Part shown: piece by piece, positions 27,356 to 39,470 of the stretch
How the letters are laid out: every line of letters starts with the position of its first letter
Numbering within the stretch: position 1 is the stretch's first letter
NCBI RefSeq assembly: GCF_004010195.1
Contig: NC_057718.1
Span: 64,715,123 to 64,779,122 of the forward strand
Source of the DNA: Chiloscyllium plagiosum
Taxonomy: Eukaryota
DNA: 64,000 bases
Direction: 5' to 3'
Made by a program: the position numbers and the translations under genes
The notes under the pieces: generated by a model
What the model saw: the letters and a program-made list of their open reading frames with translations, nothing else
Database searches by the model: none
What the model was told of the DNA's origin: nothing

Positions 27356-29437
27356 TTTGAAGGTATTAGGCAAGAACTTTCAAAAGCTGACTGAGAGCAG
27401 ATGTTCGCAGGTAAAGAAATGGCTGGCAAATGGGAAGCCTTCAGAAATGAGATAATGAGAGTCGAGAGAAAGTATATTCCTGTTAAGGTGAAAGGAAAGA
27501 CTGGTAGGTATAGACAATGCTGGATGACTAAAGAAACTGAAAGTTTGGTTAAGTAAAAGAAGGAAGCATATGTCAGGTATAGTCAGGATAGATCGAATGA
27601 ATCCTTCGAGTATAAAGGCAGTAGGAGTATACTTAAGAGAGAATTCAGGAGAGCAAAAAAGGGACAGGAGATAACTTTGGTGAATAGAGTTAAAGAGAAT
27701 ACAAAAGGTTTCTACAAATGCATTAAGGACAAAAGGGAAACCAGGGAGAGAATAGGACCCCTCAAAGAACAGCAAGGCGGCCTTTGTGTGGAGCCACAGG
27801 AGATGGGGGAGATAATAAACGAGTATGTTGCATCAGTATTTACTGTGGAAAAGGACATGGAAGATAGAGAATGTAGGAAAATAGATGGTGACATCTTGAA
27901 AAATGCCCATATTACAGAGGAGGAAGTGCTGGATGTCTTGAAACACATAAAAGTGGATAAATCCCCAGGACCTAATCAGGTATACCCTCGAACTTTGTGG
28001 GAAGCTAGGGAAGTGACTGCTGGGCCCCTTGCTGAGATATTTGTATCAAGGATAGTCACAGGTGAGTCAGAAGACTGGAGGTTGGCTAACAATGGTACCA
28101 CTGTTTAATAAAGGTAAGGGCAAATCAGGGAACTATAGACCAATGAGCCTGGCATTGGTGGTGGGCAAGTAGTTGGAGAGAATCCTGAGGGACAGAATGC
28201 ATATGTATTTGGAAAGGCAAAGACTGATTCGAGATAGTCAACATGGCTTTGTTCGTGGGAAATCATGTCTCATAAACTTGATTGAGTTTTTTGAAGAAGT
28301 AACAAAGAGGATTGATGATGGCAGAACAATAGATGTGATCTATATGGACTTCAGTAAGGCATTCAACAAGGTTCCCCATGGGAGACTGATTAGCAAGGTT
28401 AGATCTCATGGAATACAGGGAGAACTAGCCATTTGGATGCAGAACTGGCTCAAAGGTAGAAGACAGAGGGTGGTGGTGGAGGGTTGTTTTTCAGACTGGA
28501 GGCCTGTGACCGGTGGAGTGCCACAGGGATTGGTGCTGGGTCCTCTACTTTTTGTCATTTACATAAATGATTTGGATGTGAGCTTATGAGGTATAGTTCG
28601 TAAGTTTGGTGAGGACACCAAAATTGGAGGTGTAGTGGACAGTGAAAAAGGTTACTTCAGATTACAAAGGATCTTGAACAGATGGGCCAATGGGCTGAGA
28701 GGTGGCAAATGGAGTTTAATTTAGATAAATTTGAAGTGCTGCATTTTGGGAAATCAAATCTTAGCAGGACTTATATGCTTAATGGTAAGGTCCTAGGGAG
28801 TGTTGCTTAACAAAGAGACGTGGAGTGCAGGTTCATAGCTCCTTGAAAGTGGAGTCGCAGGTAGGTGGGATAGTGAAGAAGGCTTTTGGAACGTTTTCCC
28901 TTATTGGTCAGAGTATTGAGTACAGGAGTTGGGAGGTCATGTTGCGGCTGTACAGGACATTGGTTAGGCCACTGTTGGAATATTGCATGCAATTCTTGTC
29001 TCCTTCCTAAGGGAAAGATGTTATGAAACATGAAACGGTTCAGAAAAGATTTACAAGGATGTTGACAGGGTTGGAGGATTTGAGTTATAGGGAGAGGTTG
29101 AATAGGCTAGGGCTGTTTTCCCTGGAGCATTGGAGGCTGAGTGGTGACCTTATAGAGATTAATAAAATCATGAGGGGCATGGAGAAGATAAATAGACAAA
29201 GTCTCTTCTTTGGGGTGGGGGAGTTCAGAACTAGAGGGCATAGAATGAGCTGCCAGAGAAAGTGGTGGAGGCTGGTACAATTGTGACATTTAAAAGGCAT
29301 TTGGATGGGTATATGAATAGGAATGGTTTGGAGGAATATGGACCGGGTGTTAGTAAGTGGGATATCTGGTCAGCATGGACGGGTTGGACTAAAGCGTCTG
29401 TTTCCTTGCTGTAAATCTCTATGATTATGACTATGAC
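27356..29437 (+). mobile_element. 5'-truncated CR1 LINE inserted in the Gypsy 5' LTR
   Basis: TAAAT duplication at 27351-27355 and 29438-29442; RT motifs [21 protein letters not shown]; (ATGACT)-like tail. Confidence 0.93.
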
Positions 29438-31778
29438 TAAATCCCCCAATTAAGATTTACCAGAAAATTCAAATTTCAAAACCAGCCAGTTCTCGAATCT
29501 TCTCTTTGTATCTTCCTCAGGCTTCTTTTCTTCTTATTAGAGTTTCTGTTTCATAGGTCATTGATAGGTAAAGGTACTTTTAAGAGAACTATTCTGCAGA
29601 CATTCTGCATATGGTGGTGGCTTGGCAGTTCTCCTCCAACTGTTCAATTTTTTGGGGGGTTTTATACCCCAAAGCATCGGATCGTTTCATTGGTTTTAAT
29701 TTTGTGAAAATACTAAATTCGAACTTGATTAGAGTTTAGCATAGTGGGGCATAATTTAAACTGGCCAAACTTGAATTTGTTTTTGTCTCATTGCAACCCA
29801 GGTACTGCTAGCTGCTGGACCACATGTTACATTATAACCTCTTCAGCACTGTGTGCTTGCTAAGTCCTTCAACTCTCTTAAAGGTATAATACCTCTCTAC
29901 ACCTTCATAACAGTATCATCAGCAAGCTTACTAATCATGCCTTGTACATTCATATCCACATCATTGATGTAATTAAGAAGTAGCAATGGGCCTAGCACCG
30001 ACTTCTGAGACACTCCACTAGTCACAGATCTCCAGTCCGACAAGCATCTTTCCATATTACCTTGTTCTTCCTACCATCAAGCCAATTGTGTATCCAATTT
30101 GCCAGATCCTAGATTCCATGTGATCTGACCTTCCAGAGCAGCCTTCCATGAGGAACCTTATCAAAGGCCTTACTGAAATCCATACAGACCACATATACCC
30201 CCCTGCCTTAATCAATGTTCCTGGTCAATTCATCAAAAAACTTTAACAAATTTGTGAAGCATGATTTCCCTTGCACAAAGCCATGCTGACTACTCCTAAT
30301 CAAACCCTGTCTTTCCAAATGCATGTATGTCTTTCAGAATCTTCTCATGTAACTTACCTACCACAGATGTTAGGCTTACTGGTCCATAGTTTGTGCATTT
30401 TTCTTTGCAGCCCTCCTTGAATAAAGGCACAACATTCGCTATCCTCCAGTCTTCCTGGACCTCAAGCTTGGCTAACGATGATGCAAAAATATCAGCCAGG
30501 GTCCCCACAATTTCTTCTCTAGCCTCTTGCAGTATTCTTGGATATATTTGATCAGGACCAGGAGATTTCTCCACCTTCATAAATTCTAATACATCCAACA
30601 CCTCCTCTATGATATGGACTGTCCCCAAGATATGATCACTAACTTTCCCGAGCTCCCAAGTCTTCATGTCTTTCTCCACGGTAAACGCAGTGGAGAAATA
30701 TTCATTGAGGACCTCGCCCATCTTCTGCGGTTCTACACATACTTGTCCACTTTGGTCCTTGAGAGGCCTTGTTCTCCCTCTAGTTATACATTTTCCATTT
30801 CATGTACTTGAAGAACCTCCTTGGATTCATCATAGTCTTCTCAGCCAAGGCTATCTCATGCCCCCTTTTTCACCTTCCTGATTTCCTTCTTCAGTAAACT
30901 CCTGTATCCCCTATATACGTACAGGAATTCCCTTGATCCCAGCTGCATGTACCTGAGCTATGCTTCCTCCTTTTTTTCTGGTCAAAACTTCAGTATCTCT
31001 TGTCCAAATGAAGGTATTAGGGATAGCTGCAAGGTAAATTGAGATCATTAGAGAGGTCCAGTGTGGAATGAGCACAATGGGCTGGATTTGTCTTTATGTT
31101 GGAATTTCTAATTACTGTCGTGAAGAAAAGTGTATCTCAGGCGAAGCAATTGTGGAGCACAGAAATTCTTCCTGAATTTCAGTCCAGTTAAGATTTGTAA
31201 TTAGCCAAAGTTATGCGTGTGATTCTCTTGCCTATCCTTATATCCACGGTTGGGTTTGGGATGAGATACGAGAGTTTTTGTAGGATACCTTTGGGTTACT
31301 GGCCATCATTCCCTTCAATCGACCTACTGAAAACAGGTTCAGATATTAAACTTGGCCTTCTGATGTCTTAATTGAGCAAACATAATGAATTTCACAAATC
31401 ATTATGATTTGTTTTTTGTTAGTGGAAACAATTTTTATTTTAATTTCAGAGAGCTCTTTTTGGGACCTATAACTCCACTGTATCTCTCCAATTTCCTGGA
31501 ATGTCCTCAAAGTAGGCTTCTCTACATTATGGTCTATCACCTTGACAATTCAGAATGACTCTGTACATGGGATTTGGGATGAGGTTGATATCCTCAGCAG
31601 AAGGTGACTGAAATTCTGTCTAACTGGCCTTCCCAACCCCACCAGAGGTGGGGGTCTCCAGGATTTACTGCCAGGTGATTCCAGGAATTCAGAACAATTC
31701 ATGGGCCCATTTAGGTAGTGGTTACAGAAATATCGTCAAAACATATTAAGTCTTGTGAAAATGCAACACTATATTGGT

Positions 31779-32060
31779 GGGTGGCACGGTGGCACAGTGG
31801 TTAGCACTGCTGCCTTGCAGCACCAGAGACCCAGGTTCAATTCCCACCTCAGGCGTCTGACTGTGTGGAGTTTGCACGTTCTCCCCGTGTCTGCGTAGGT
31901 TTCCTCCCACAGTCCAAAGATGTGCAGGTCAGGTGAATTGGCCATGCTAAATTGCCCGTAGTGTTAGCTGTAGGGGTATGGGTGGGTTGTGCTTCAGCGG
32001 GTTGGTGTGGACTTGTTGGGCCGAAGGGCCTGTTTCCACACTGTAAGTAATCTAATCTAT
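31779..32060 (+). mobile_element. HE1-type SINE
   Basis: tRNA-like head with A/B boxes (tggcacagtgg, ggttcaattcc); taatctaatc tail. Confidence 0.92.
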
Positions 32061-32104
32061 AATAGGAAAGTTTTAAAAATGGTAAATATAATGGTTAAGC
32101 AGCT

Positions 32105-32602
32105 TAGAACATTGAACATCACAGCACAGTACAGGCCCTTCGGCCCTCAATGTTGCGTCAATCTATAGAACCAAACTGAAGCCCATTTATCCTACACTTT
32201 TACATTTTCATCTATATGTTTATCCAATGACAATTTAAATGCCCTTAAAGTTGGCGAATCTACTACTTTTGCAGGCAATGTTTTCCATGCCTCTACTACT
32301 ACCCCCTGACATCTTTCCTATATCCATCAGCACTCAGCTTAAAACTATGTCCCCTATGTCCCATCACCATCCAAGGAAAAAGGCTCTCACTCTCCGCCCT
32401 ATCTAACCCTCTGATTATCTTGTATATCTCAATTAAGTCACCTCTCAACCTTCTTCTCTCTAACGAAAACAGCCCCAAGTCCCTCAGCATTTCCTCATGC
32501 GACCTTCCCTCCTTACCAGGTAACATCCTAGTAATTCTCCTCTGAACCCTTTCCAAAGCATCCACATCCTTCCTGTAATGCAGTGACCAGAACTGTACAC
32601 AA
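32105..32602 (-). mobile_element. CR1 3' fragment
   Basis: CVQFWSLHYRKDVDALERVQRR. Confidence 0.9.
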
Positions 32603-34106
32603 TTAAACAACATCTTCCTGCTGACCACTCCATTGACAGGCTTAAGGTTACTGCAGGCTTTTGTTGGTACAGATTCAGTTGGTGTAGAACAAGATGTTAC
32701 ATTTTTTACAGGGACAATAAGAGGAATAGCCTGTTTACCCACAAGTATTGGGCACCTCATTATATAGTATGATAAACCTGAGAGCATAAAACATGGATTG
32801 ACCAGGAAGATTTGAGAATGCAAACTGCGAAGAGATTTGAGATAAGGAAACTATACCCCATGGAAAAGAGAAGAGGATTGGGACTTTTAATGGAGTTTTC
32901 CAAAATTATGAAATTTTGACAGAGTGAATCTGGAAAAATTATTTGTCTGTTTAGGAAGCCACATGGTATAATATATTGATTAAATAAAAAATGAGTAATG
33001 AGTGAGATTAGGAGAAAAGTCATTACAGAGGTGTAGAACATGGCACAATGACTGCTAGAGATCGAGATCATTGAGCTTTTCAAACAAAAAGTGGATAAAC
33101 ATTCAAAGAGATACAGCCTTATGGGATGAGAACAAGTCAATCAGAATAATGTGGCTCAGTAGGCACACTGCATTCCGCATCAGAAGGTTATGGGTTCAAA
33201 CCTCACTTGAGGATGATAATTCAATGCAGTACTAAGAAGTACTGCAATGTTAAATGCACTTTTGAAATATCTCTTGTCTGCTTCCTAAAGTAAACAGCAG
33301 AGATCAGTGGCGTTCCTCAGCAGGAATGATTTGCTGTTCCTTTTTGCTGATCAATATTTATCCTTGACTGACAGACTTGGCTCCCTCTCAGGTATAGAAT
33401 ATTCTAGAGAAAGCCATAATTCCAGGGGCAGATTGAGAATGTGCTACAGTTTTAGTAGGAGGGTTAGAGGAAGTGTGTGGATCATTTGTGAATGGTTGGT
33501 GAGCTCTTGGGAATATCTGACAGAGAACGTGGTTTTAAACCTGCTCTCCTAGGATAGTTTACGTTTTTGATCTCAGGGAGGGAGTGATCTTACGTGTCCA
33601 GTTCCCAATCCAGGCATTGATCCTTGTTCCAGGAAGTTTGCTTGTGGTGTGGAGTTAATAGTATGCCCTTGAATTTTGTGGAGATGTCTGATGGCTCGGA
33701 CAGAAGGTAATGTGAGTTGAGCGAAAAGATGTCTGCTCCTCTTCTTCTATAAACTGTGTTGAAAGGCACTTAATTATTTTACGTCTTTACCTCCCTTGGA
33801 TTTCCCAAGGCTGGTAGAACCTAACCATCTAGGGTAAAATCTGTAAGATAAGATAACCATGAGGTATCATGCTTCACTACATTACTTCTGAACTTCGTCA
33901 CCCCAATCCCTCCTCTATTATTAAATAGAAGTGGGTGGCTTGAAGACAGACTGGGATTAGGTTTGAGCTTTTATACCCTTCCACATCCCACTACTGCCAA
34001 ACTGATCCTTCTTTGTGGTTGTGTTTACTGCTTTTGAGTAAACACGTAGCTATCTTGTAACTGATTCATTAACATCAACATTATTTAATGTCTTTTGCTT
34101 TTACAG

Positions 34107-34502
34107 GTATGTTATATACAGCAGGAACTAATGTCTCTCCAGCTGTAATTTTTCTTACTTTGATGTGTCTTGTTTTTTTATCGTGGCACTACTAGAACCC
34201 ATTAAATTGCCACTTATGGTGTATGGCCCACTCTACATGACAGGTATTCCTGCTGGATGCTTATCCTGATTATATGTACACTTGTAAATTTGAATGTCAC
34301 ATTTTGGGGCACAAGAGAGACTGTAATGAAGATTCAAAGTAAAGATGGAGAAGATAATAGCTCATCAATTCAAGCAAAAATCCACAAGCAGTGGAAATGC
34401 AACTCCTGCTTAATTCAATGTGCAGTTCATAACTGGACTGTAGGAAGTCATACTGTAGGAAACTCCAGAAAGATATTTTCTATTGAGATATTTTTCATTT
34501 GA
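34107..34502 (+). pseudogene. chs: Chitin synthase exon carrying the WGTRE motif (34305-34319); 3' boundary uncertain
   Basis: Acceptor tcttttgcttttacag, phase 1, joins the 19563 donor. Reads GMLYTAGTNVSPAVIFLTLMCLVF/IVALLEPIKLPLMVYGPLYMTGIPAG/LILIICTLVNLNVTFWGTRET with two frameshifts. Confidence 0.9.
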
Positions 34503-35657
34503 CTATCTGCAGAAAAGTGGTGATTCCTAGTTAGTGATCAAGCAGTTGAAGCATCCTCAGTCCCTTCTCACTGAATCCTTAGAATGCCAACACAAACGTT
34601 TTAGGCAGAGAATTACCGAGCATGTCCCAGACTCATGGTAGTCAGAGCCTCAAGACTGAACACTTTCTCCTTGCCTTCACCATCAACTTCCACAGCTCCA
34701 TATCCAAGTAATTGAGCAAGCAACAAAGTGGAATAAATATTGGAGTCTTAGTTCCCAACACAGCAGATGGGTGCCACCATTACAAAATGACTACCATGGT
34801 CCATCGGCACAGGTGTATTTTCATCAGTCCTCACATTATTCAAGAGAAACGCAGTCCTTTATGTACGATTCACATGGCTCCCCCTCTAAATTGGGAGTAA
34901 ACTTCAAGTGCTGAGTGTGCACAGGAGTAAATGCACAACTGTTTGTTTGATCTCTAAACAGTTAAAGAGTGGAGATTGGACTCGAAGCAGCCAAACGGTT
35001 GCCTACCTAGCCAGAAAAGTAAAAGAATAAAGTTTGGACTGCGTTGGACTAATGTTGAATGCTTCTTGTGTCCACAGCTCTAAATATTATTGGCTACCAT
35101 CAACCTTAATTAATGTTTTATGTGCTGATAAATTACTGAGAGATGGCTTCTTAGTAGTAAATCTGCAACACACCATGAGGACTGAGTTTCCAGGTGGCAT
35201 TCCAATATTGTGCCCTGTTCACAAGGTGCTGGCCAAAACAACAGGCATTCTCTATCTTCTTGCCATGCCCTTCTCATTCACAACTTTGTCTTCTTTCCCA
35301 TCTTTATACTAGTTTTAATTAGCATTACTTGCATTTTACTGATTATAACTCTGGCTCTAAGGCCACAAACCTCAGTGGTGTGGCATCCTTTTTTTTGAAG
35401 TAAATGTCATTTCTTTGCTTCACATAGCTGAACATGAATTCATCAGATGAGGCCCAACCCACTCCCCAACCACCAACTTTACCTAAAGGGAGCATCATTT
35501 GTTTTCAGGTTAATTGCTGATCCAGTCAAAGTATTTGGTGTTTTTCTTTGCTTTTTCATGTTGTTGAAGACAGCAGGGAATGTTTGGGTATGTGATGAGG
35601 GACTTGGTTCTGACTTCAGATCCCTTTGCTCTCAGTCGTGTGTTAAGTAGTTTGCAT

Positions 35658-35857
35658 CTATCCAGGTTTTTGCATGACGTGGAGAATGAGCAGAAGTAAC
35701 AGAGTCAAAGCAAAGCTGTTCGAAGTGAGAGGAGGTGGGTGAGAAGGGCACTCAACCGGAGGCCATATCTGTCCAGATAGCACTTCTGTTCGATAAACCA
35801 TAGTACAGAGCATTTCCGCAGGTGTCTCTCCTTCACTGATGATCAATTCATTGAAAT
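35658..35857 (-). CDS. Terminal coding exon: FNELIISEGETPAEMLCTMVYRTEVLSGQIWPPVECPSHPPPLTSNSFALTLLLLLILHVMQKPG*
   Basis: Acceptor gactgtcag, phase 1. Non-repeat ORF ending in small residues (TSNS) plus a hydrophobic tail, resembling a GPI signal. Confidence 0.65.
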
Positions 35858-36736
35858 CTGACAGTCACAGTCTAAACTATATCATTACAGCAGGGTAAGA
35901 ATGTGAATGCTAGTGGCTATCAAAGTGGTTGTAGCCATGAAATTCGAAGCATGTGACTCCTTCCATCTTTCAGTAGGCAAGTGATATCTCGCAGTTCATG
36001 CACTGATGCATGAAAGGGGTTAATGATGTTCCATATCTCTGTGTTTCTGTCACTCTTTTTATAAAGCCAATTGTAAGGTTTTCTGCAGGGCATTTTTATT
36101 CACTCCCACCCCAATCCCCTTTCTAAGCACCTACTGATTGGCAGAAGTGTTTTGTCATTTGAAATTCTACTCCTGTGCATCAGAGTTTGTTGGGGCTTAG
36201 ACAATCAGACTGAATTTCCTCACATTTTGACAAACAGCTTCCTGACACTTTTCCCCCTGCCCACGCAATGTGAGAATGATTAGAGAGACATGTAATGTGT
36301 GGCCAATCCTATTTAAGCTGCTTTACAACATTGAACAAAATTATAATTTGCCCCTGTATGAGTTTTATCTCGAATCAAGCAAATAGAATAACTCAAACAA
36401 CAAGATGCATGCAAGTTATTTGCTTTGTTGCAAATATTTTCAATTGACATATTCTCCTGCTTTTCCAGTCCTCTTCACTGTGTACAATCAAATATTCAGT
36501 GGAAGAGGACCCACCACTGCAACACTGTGAGTGAAGAATAACTTCAATATTCTTTGAATTTTTAAACTGATCTGGTAGGGGGAATGATCTCATTTTTCAA
36601 GGGCAAACATCCATGGTACTTCATTTTGTGTTGTCCTTTTATGACAGAAGTTGGACTTGTACACTACAGTGATTATTTCTGAATCTCAGGCCACTTTGAT
36701 CAGTCCATAGGCATTGACTTTGAAAATGTTTCTTAC

Positions 36737-36780
36737 CTGTTGAATGGTACCTGACATCTTTAACGAGGTTTATTATGCTT
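36737..36780 (-). CDS. Exon 8 (44 nt, phase 2-1): SIINLVKDVRYHST(D)
   Basis: Acceptor cttattttcag, donor CAG|gtaaga; both near consensus. Confidence 0.65.
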
Positions 36781-37094
36781 CTGAAAATAAGTGCTGAAGT
36801 TCGAGCTTCTCCTGTTTCAGATGATTAATCAGCAGCTTGACTGGCTGGTTAAAGGACATGTCCAGGCTAGATATTGATGTGAAATATCCATTTGGCTAAG
36901 CCAGGAAATGAGTAATTAATCTCAAAACCAGAGTTTTCCAAAGTTAAGTCACAAACAAAAATTTTGTGCTACAAGACCTGAGACTGTGGTGCCTGTCACG
37001 GAGCTCGATGAAATTAGAAATGATGTTCCCAAACTGAGCATGCCTTGCTCCCATACTTCTTCCATTGGGGTCACAACAAATTCCAGCCTTCAAA

Positions 37095-37502
37095 ATCAAG
37101 TCATGGAGGTCTGCAGCACACCCCCAAAGACCCTTTGGCCCATCAAGTCTACGCCAGTCAAAAACCATCATGTTAACTATTCTAATCCAATTTGCTAGCA
37201 CTTGGTCCACAGCCTTCTATGGCTTGGCATCACATCCAACTACTTCTTAAATGTTATGAGGGTGTCTACTACTACCAACCTTTCAGACAGTGCACTCCAG
37301 ATTCTTACTACCCTCTGGATGAAAATATTTTTTCTCACATCCCTTCTAAACCTCTGCCCTTTACCTAAAATATGTAACCCTAGTCACTGGTATCTCCATC
37401 AAGGGGAAAGATTTCTTCCTGTCTACACTATCTATGTCCCTCATAATTTTATACATCTCTATTATGACCCCCTCAGCCTCCTCTGCTCCAAGGAAAACAG
37501 CT
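37095..37502 (-). mobile_element. Old CR1 3' fragment
   Basis: Similarity to the other CR1 3' ends in the window. Confidence 0.75.
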
Positions 37503-38151
37503 CAACCACAAATGGGGCCACCATCGGAAAAGGTTTGGAAGGGCATTGATCATGACCAAACCAACCTCACTGGGGGGTGGTGTGTTATTTCTCTGCATTA
37601 TGAATCAAATAGACAAATAAAACCACAATGATTGCACATTCTTAAATTTTTAAAGTATCATTTATGGGATGGGGGCATTGTTGCTAGAGAATAATTTATT
37701 TCCCCTGCCTCAATGCCTAGAAGATGTTTGAGAGTCAGCCACATTGCTGTGGGTCTGCAGTCATGCTGTCATCATTCGGGCAACTTTTAATTCCACAATT
37801 TTAAGTGAATTCAAGTTTTACTATCTACTATGGAGCGATTTAAACCTATATCTTAGAGCATTAGCTTGGGTTTCTGGATTACTAACCCAGTGACATTATC
37901 ACAATGCTACTGGATTGAAATTGCATATTTGGGCTATTAACATTTTTTAAAAAGTTGTTCAAATAAAATATGCAGACACACAATATAATGGCAACTCAGT
38001 AAGTTACAATCCCACTACCTTTAATAAATAATGTAAAAGAGTGTACTATTCCAGTAAGCAACGCTAGTCCATTTGAAACAAATTGAAATGTAAGTAAACT
38101 GAAGTAACCTGAAATGTGCAGAAATCGTTGTTTGACTATTATATTTTCTAG

Positions 38152-38323
38152 GCAAAAGTGAGGACTGCAGATGCTGGAGATTAGAGTCGAGAGTGTGGTG
38201 CTGGAAAAGAACAATAGGTCAGGCAGCATCCGAGGAGCAGGCTTTCTGATGAAGGGCTTTTGCCTGAAACGTCAATTCTCCTGCTCCTTGATGCTGCTGT
38301 GCTTTTCCAGCACTACACTCTCT
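38152..38323. mobile_element. Penelope-type hairpin insert with imperfect 17-bp TSD
   Basis: actattatattttctag (38135-38151) vs actattgtattttccag (38324-38340); inverted arms. Confidence 0.78.
38240..38285 (+). ncRNA. Minimal hammerhead ribozyme-like motif
   Basis: CTGATGA (38246-38252), stem AGGGC-TTTT-GCCT, GAAAC, GTC: the canonical core order. Confidence 0.6.
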
Positions 38324-38384
38324 ACTATTGTATTTTCCAGGTTGGATCTCTAACTTACAGACAAACACAGTGTCAAGAACATAC

Positions 38385-38422
38385 TCCAGTGATGATGCAA
38401 TGGAAGAGGTATAGCAGTGTTT
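38385..38422 (-). CDS. Exon 7 (38 nt, phase 0-2): KHCYTSSIASSL(E)
   Basis: Donor GA|gtatgt, weaker acceptor aatgcaaacag. Bridges the phases of exons 6 and 8. Confidence 0.45.
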
Positions 38423-39301
38423 CTGTTTGCATTCAAATGTGTTTTTTCAAACATGTAACAGACGATATCCAGAACCTATTAGCTTTTCAGCTTATCAAAA
38501 ACTTTGGATTCTTTTATATTTACCAAATTTTCTGCGGTAAACATGGAGAAGAAGAATTTTATAAACCTATTCTACTTGTTCATTTCTCTCATTGGCAGAC
38601 ATTTTTAGAAAATTGCACACACACTCTAAAACCAAGTTATAATGCAAAAAAATGGTAATTGCTTATCCAGCAATTAGGTGCCACTAAAGAACAATATTTA
38701 TTATCGTCAAATGAATAAATCTGGGGGCTGAAACCAGTCAGCTTTAAGTCATATTTTTGTAGATTCACTAAATTTATGCAAAATGACTAACATAATTTGA
38801 AAAAAAAGTTGCCATAAAATACACAAGGTAGCTATAGTCCAATTACATGAATATTTGTTGTAGAAAAAGCCATTGAATCATATTGAAATCTACTGAATGA
38901 TCATGTTGGAATATTTATAGAACTTTCTGGATTTTCAAACCATTAGTGGCCCTGCCTAGTCTCACTTCCTGGGATCCTTTAATTAACGTTTCTACCTTTT
39001 TCTTCTTCTTTAAGTCTCTTCTTAAATCTATCTTCATTTTTGACCAAACTTTTGATCACCTTGCCTATTTATGATGTAGATGAAATAATAAAACCAGTTA
39101 TAAGTTAGTTCAAAAAGGAAGATAATATAAAGTAAACTTGATAGAATTATTTGAGGAGATAACAGAATTGGTAATTTGAAGAAATGTGGAAATGATGTAT
39201 ATGGACTATTAAAAAGCCTTTGAGGAATTGTTTGGGAGATTCTTGGAGAAAGTCGATGGAAAAAGGGGTTTGGCAGGAAATCAGATTAAAAACTGATTAG
39301 A

Positions 39302-39470
39302 GTTGAGAGTGTGGTACTGGAAAAACACAGCAGGTCAGGCAGCATCCGATGAAGGGCTTATGCCCGAAACATCAATTCTCTTGCTCCTTGGATACTGCCT
39401 GATCTGCTGTGCTTTTCCAGCACCACACTCTCGACTCTGATCTCCAGCATCTGCAGGCCTCACTTTCTCC
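39302..39470. mobile_element. Penelope-type hairpin insert with perfect 15-bp TSD
   Basis: TAAAAACTGATTAGA at 39287-39301 and 39471-39485; loop has CCGATGA-AGGGC-TTAT-GCCC-GAAAC. Confidence 0.82.

Larger units (their letters stand above)
22667..29912 (-). mobile_element. Gmr1-like Gypsy LTR retrotransposon, decayed, RT deleted; LTRs 22667-23383 and 27113-29912 (the latter interrupted)
   Basis: TG..CA LTRs, GTAT TSD, polypurine tract at 23384-23393 on -, tRNA-Pro-like PBS at 27089-27108, gag with a CCHC-like knuckle (FHCGKVGHIKSQC), integrase (H2C2, core, GPY) upstream of an RNase H remnant. Confidence 0.92.
21760..31005 (-). mobile_element. CR1 LINE (host of the nest), split at 22666/29913 by a Gypsy element
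   Basis: RT sequence ..ttggtat|catc.. is continuous across the insertion; fragments LNEYFSTAFT, KSPGPDQIYPRIL, KCKVLHFG. Confidence 0.9.
7658..34502 (+). pseudogene. chs: Intron-containing (unprocessed) chitin synthase pseudogene; 5' part probably upstream of the window, 3' end unresolved
   Basis: Five AG/GT-bounded segments in the correct order match metazoan chitin synthase: DTFDLEVHIVLDDVF; TTP*EGKLSY..HVHLKDK; VMYMYYLLGWKL; FVTKPDT..FLMASAFFTIIG; LVNLNVTFWGTRET. Multiple stops and frameshifts, plus an exonic SINE. Confidence 0.9.

Noticed and set aside
38029..38108. Minus-strand exon-like segment GYFSLLTFQFVSNGLALL..
   Set aside because: Phase is incompatible with the neighbouring exons and the donor is weak.
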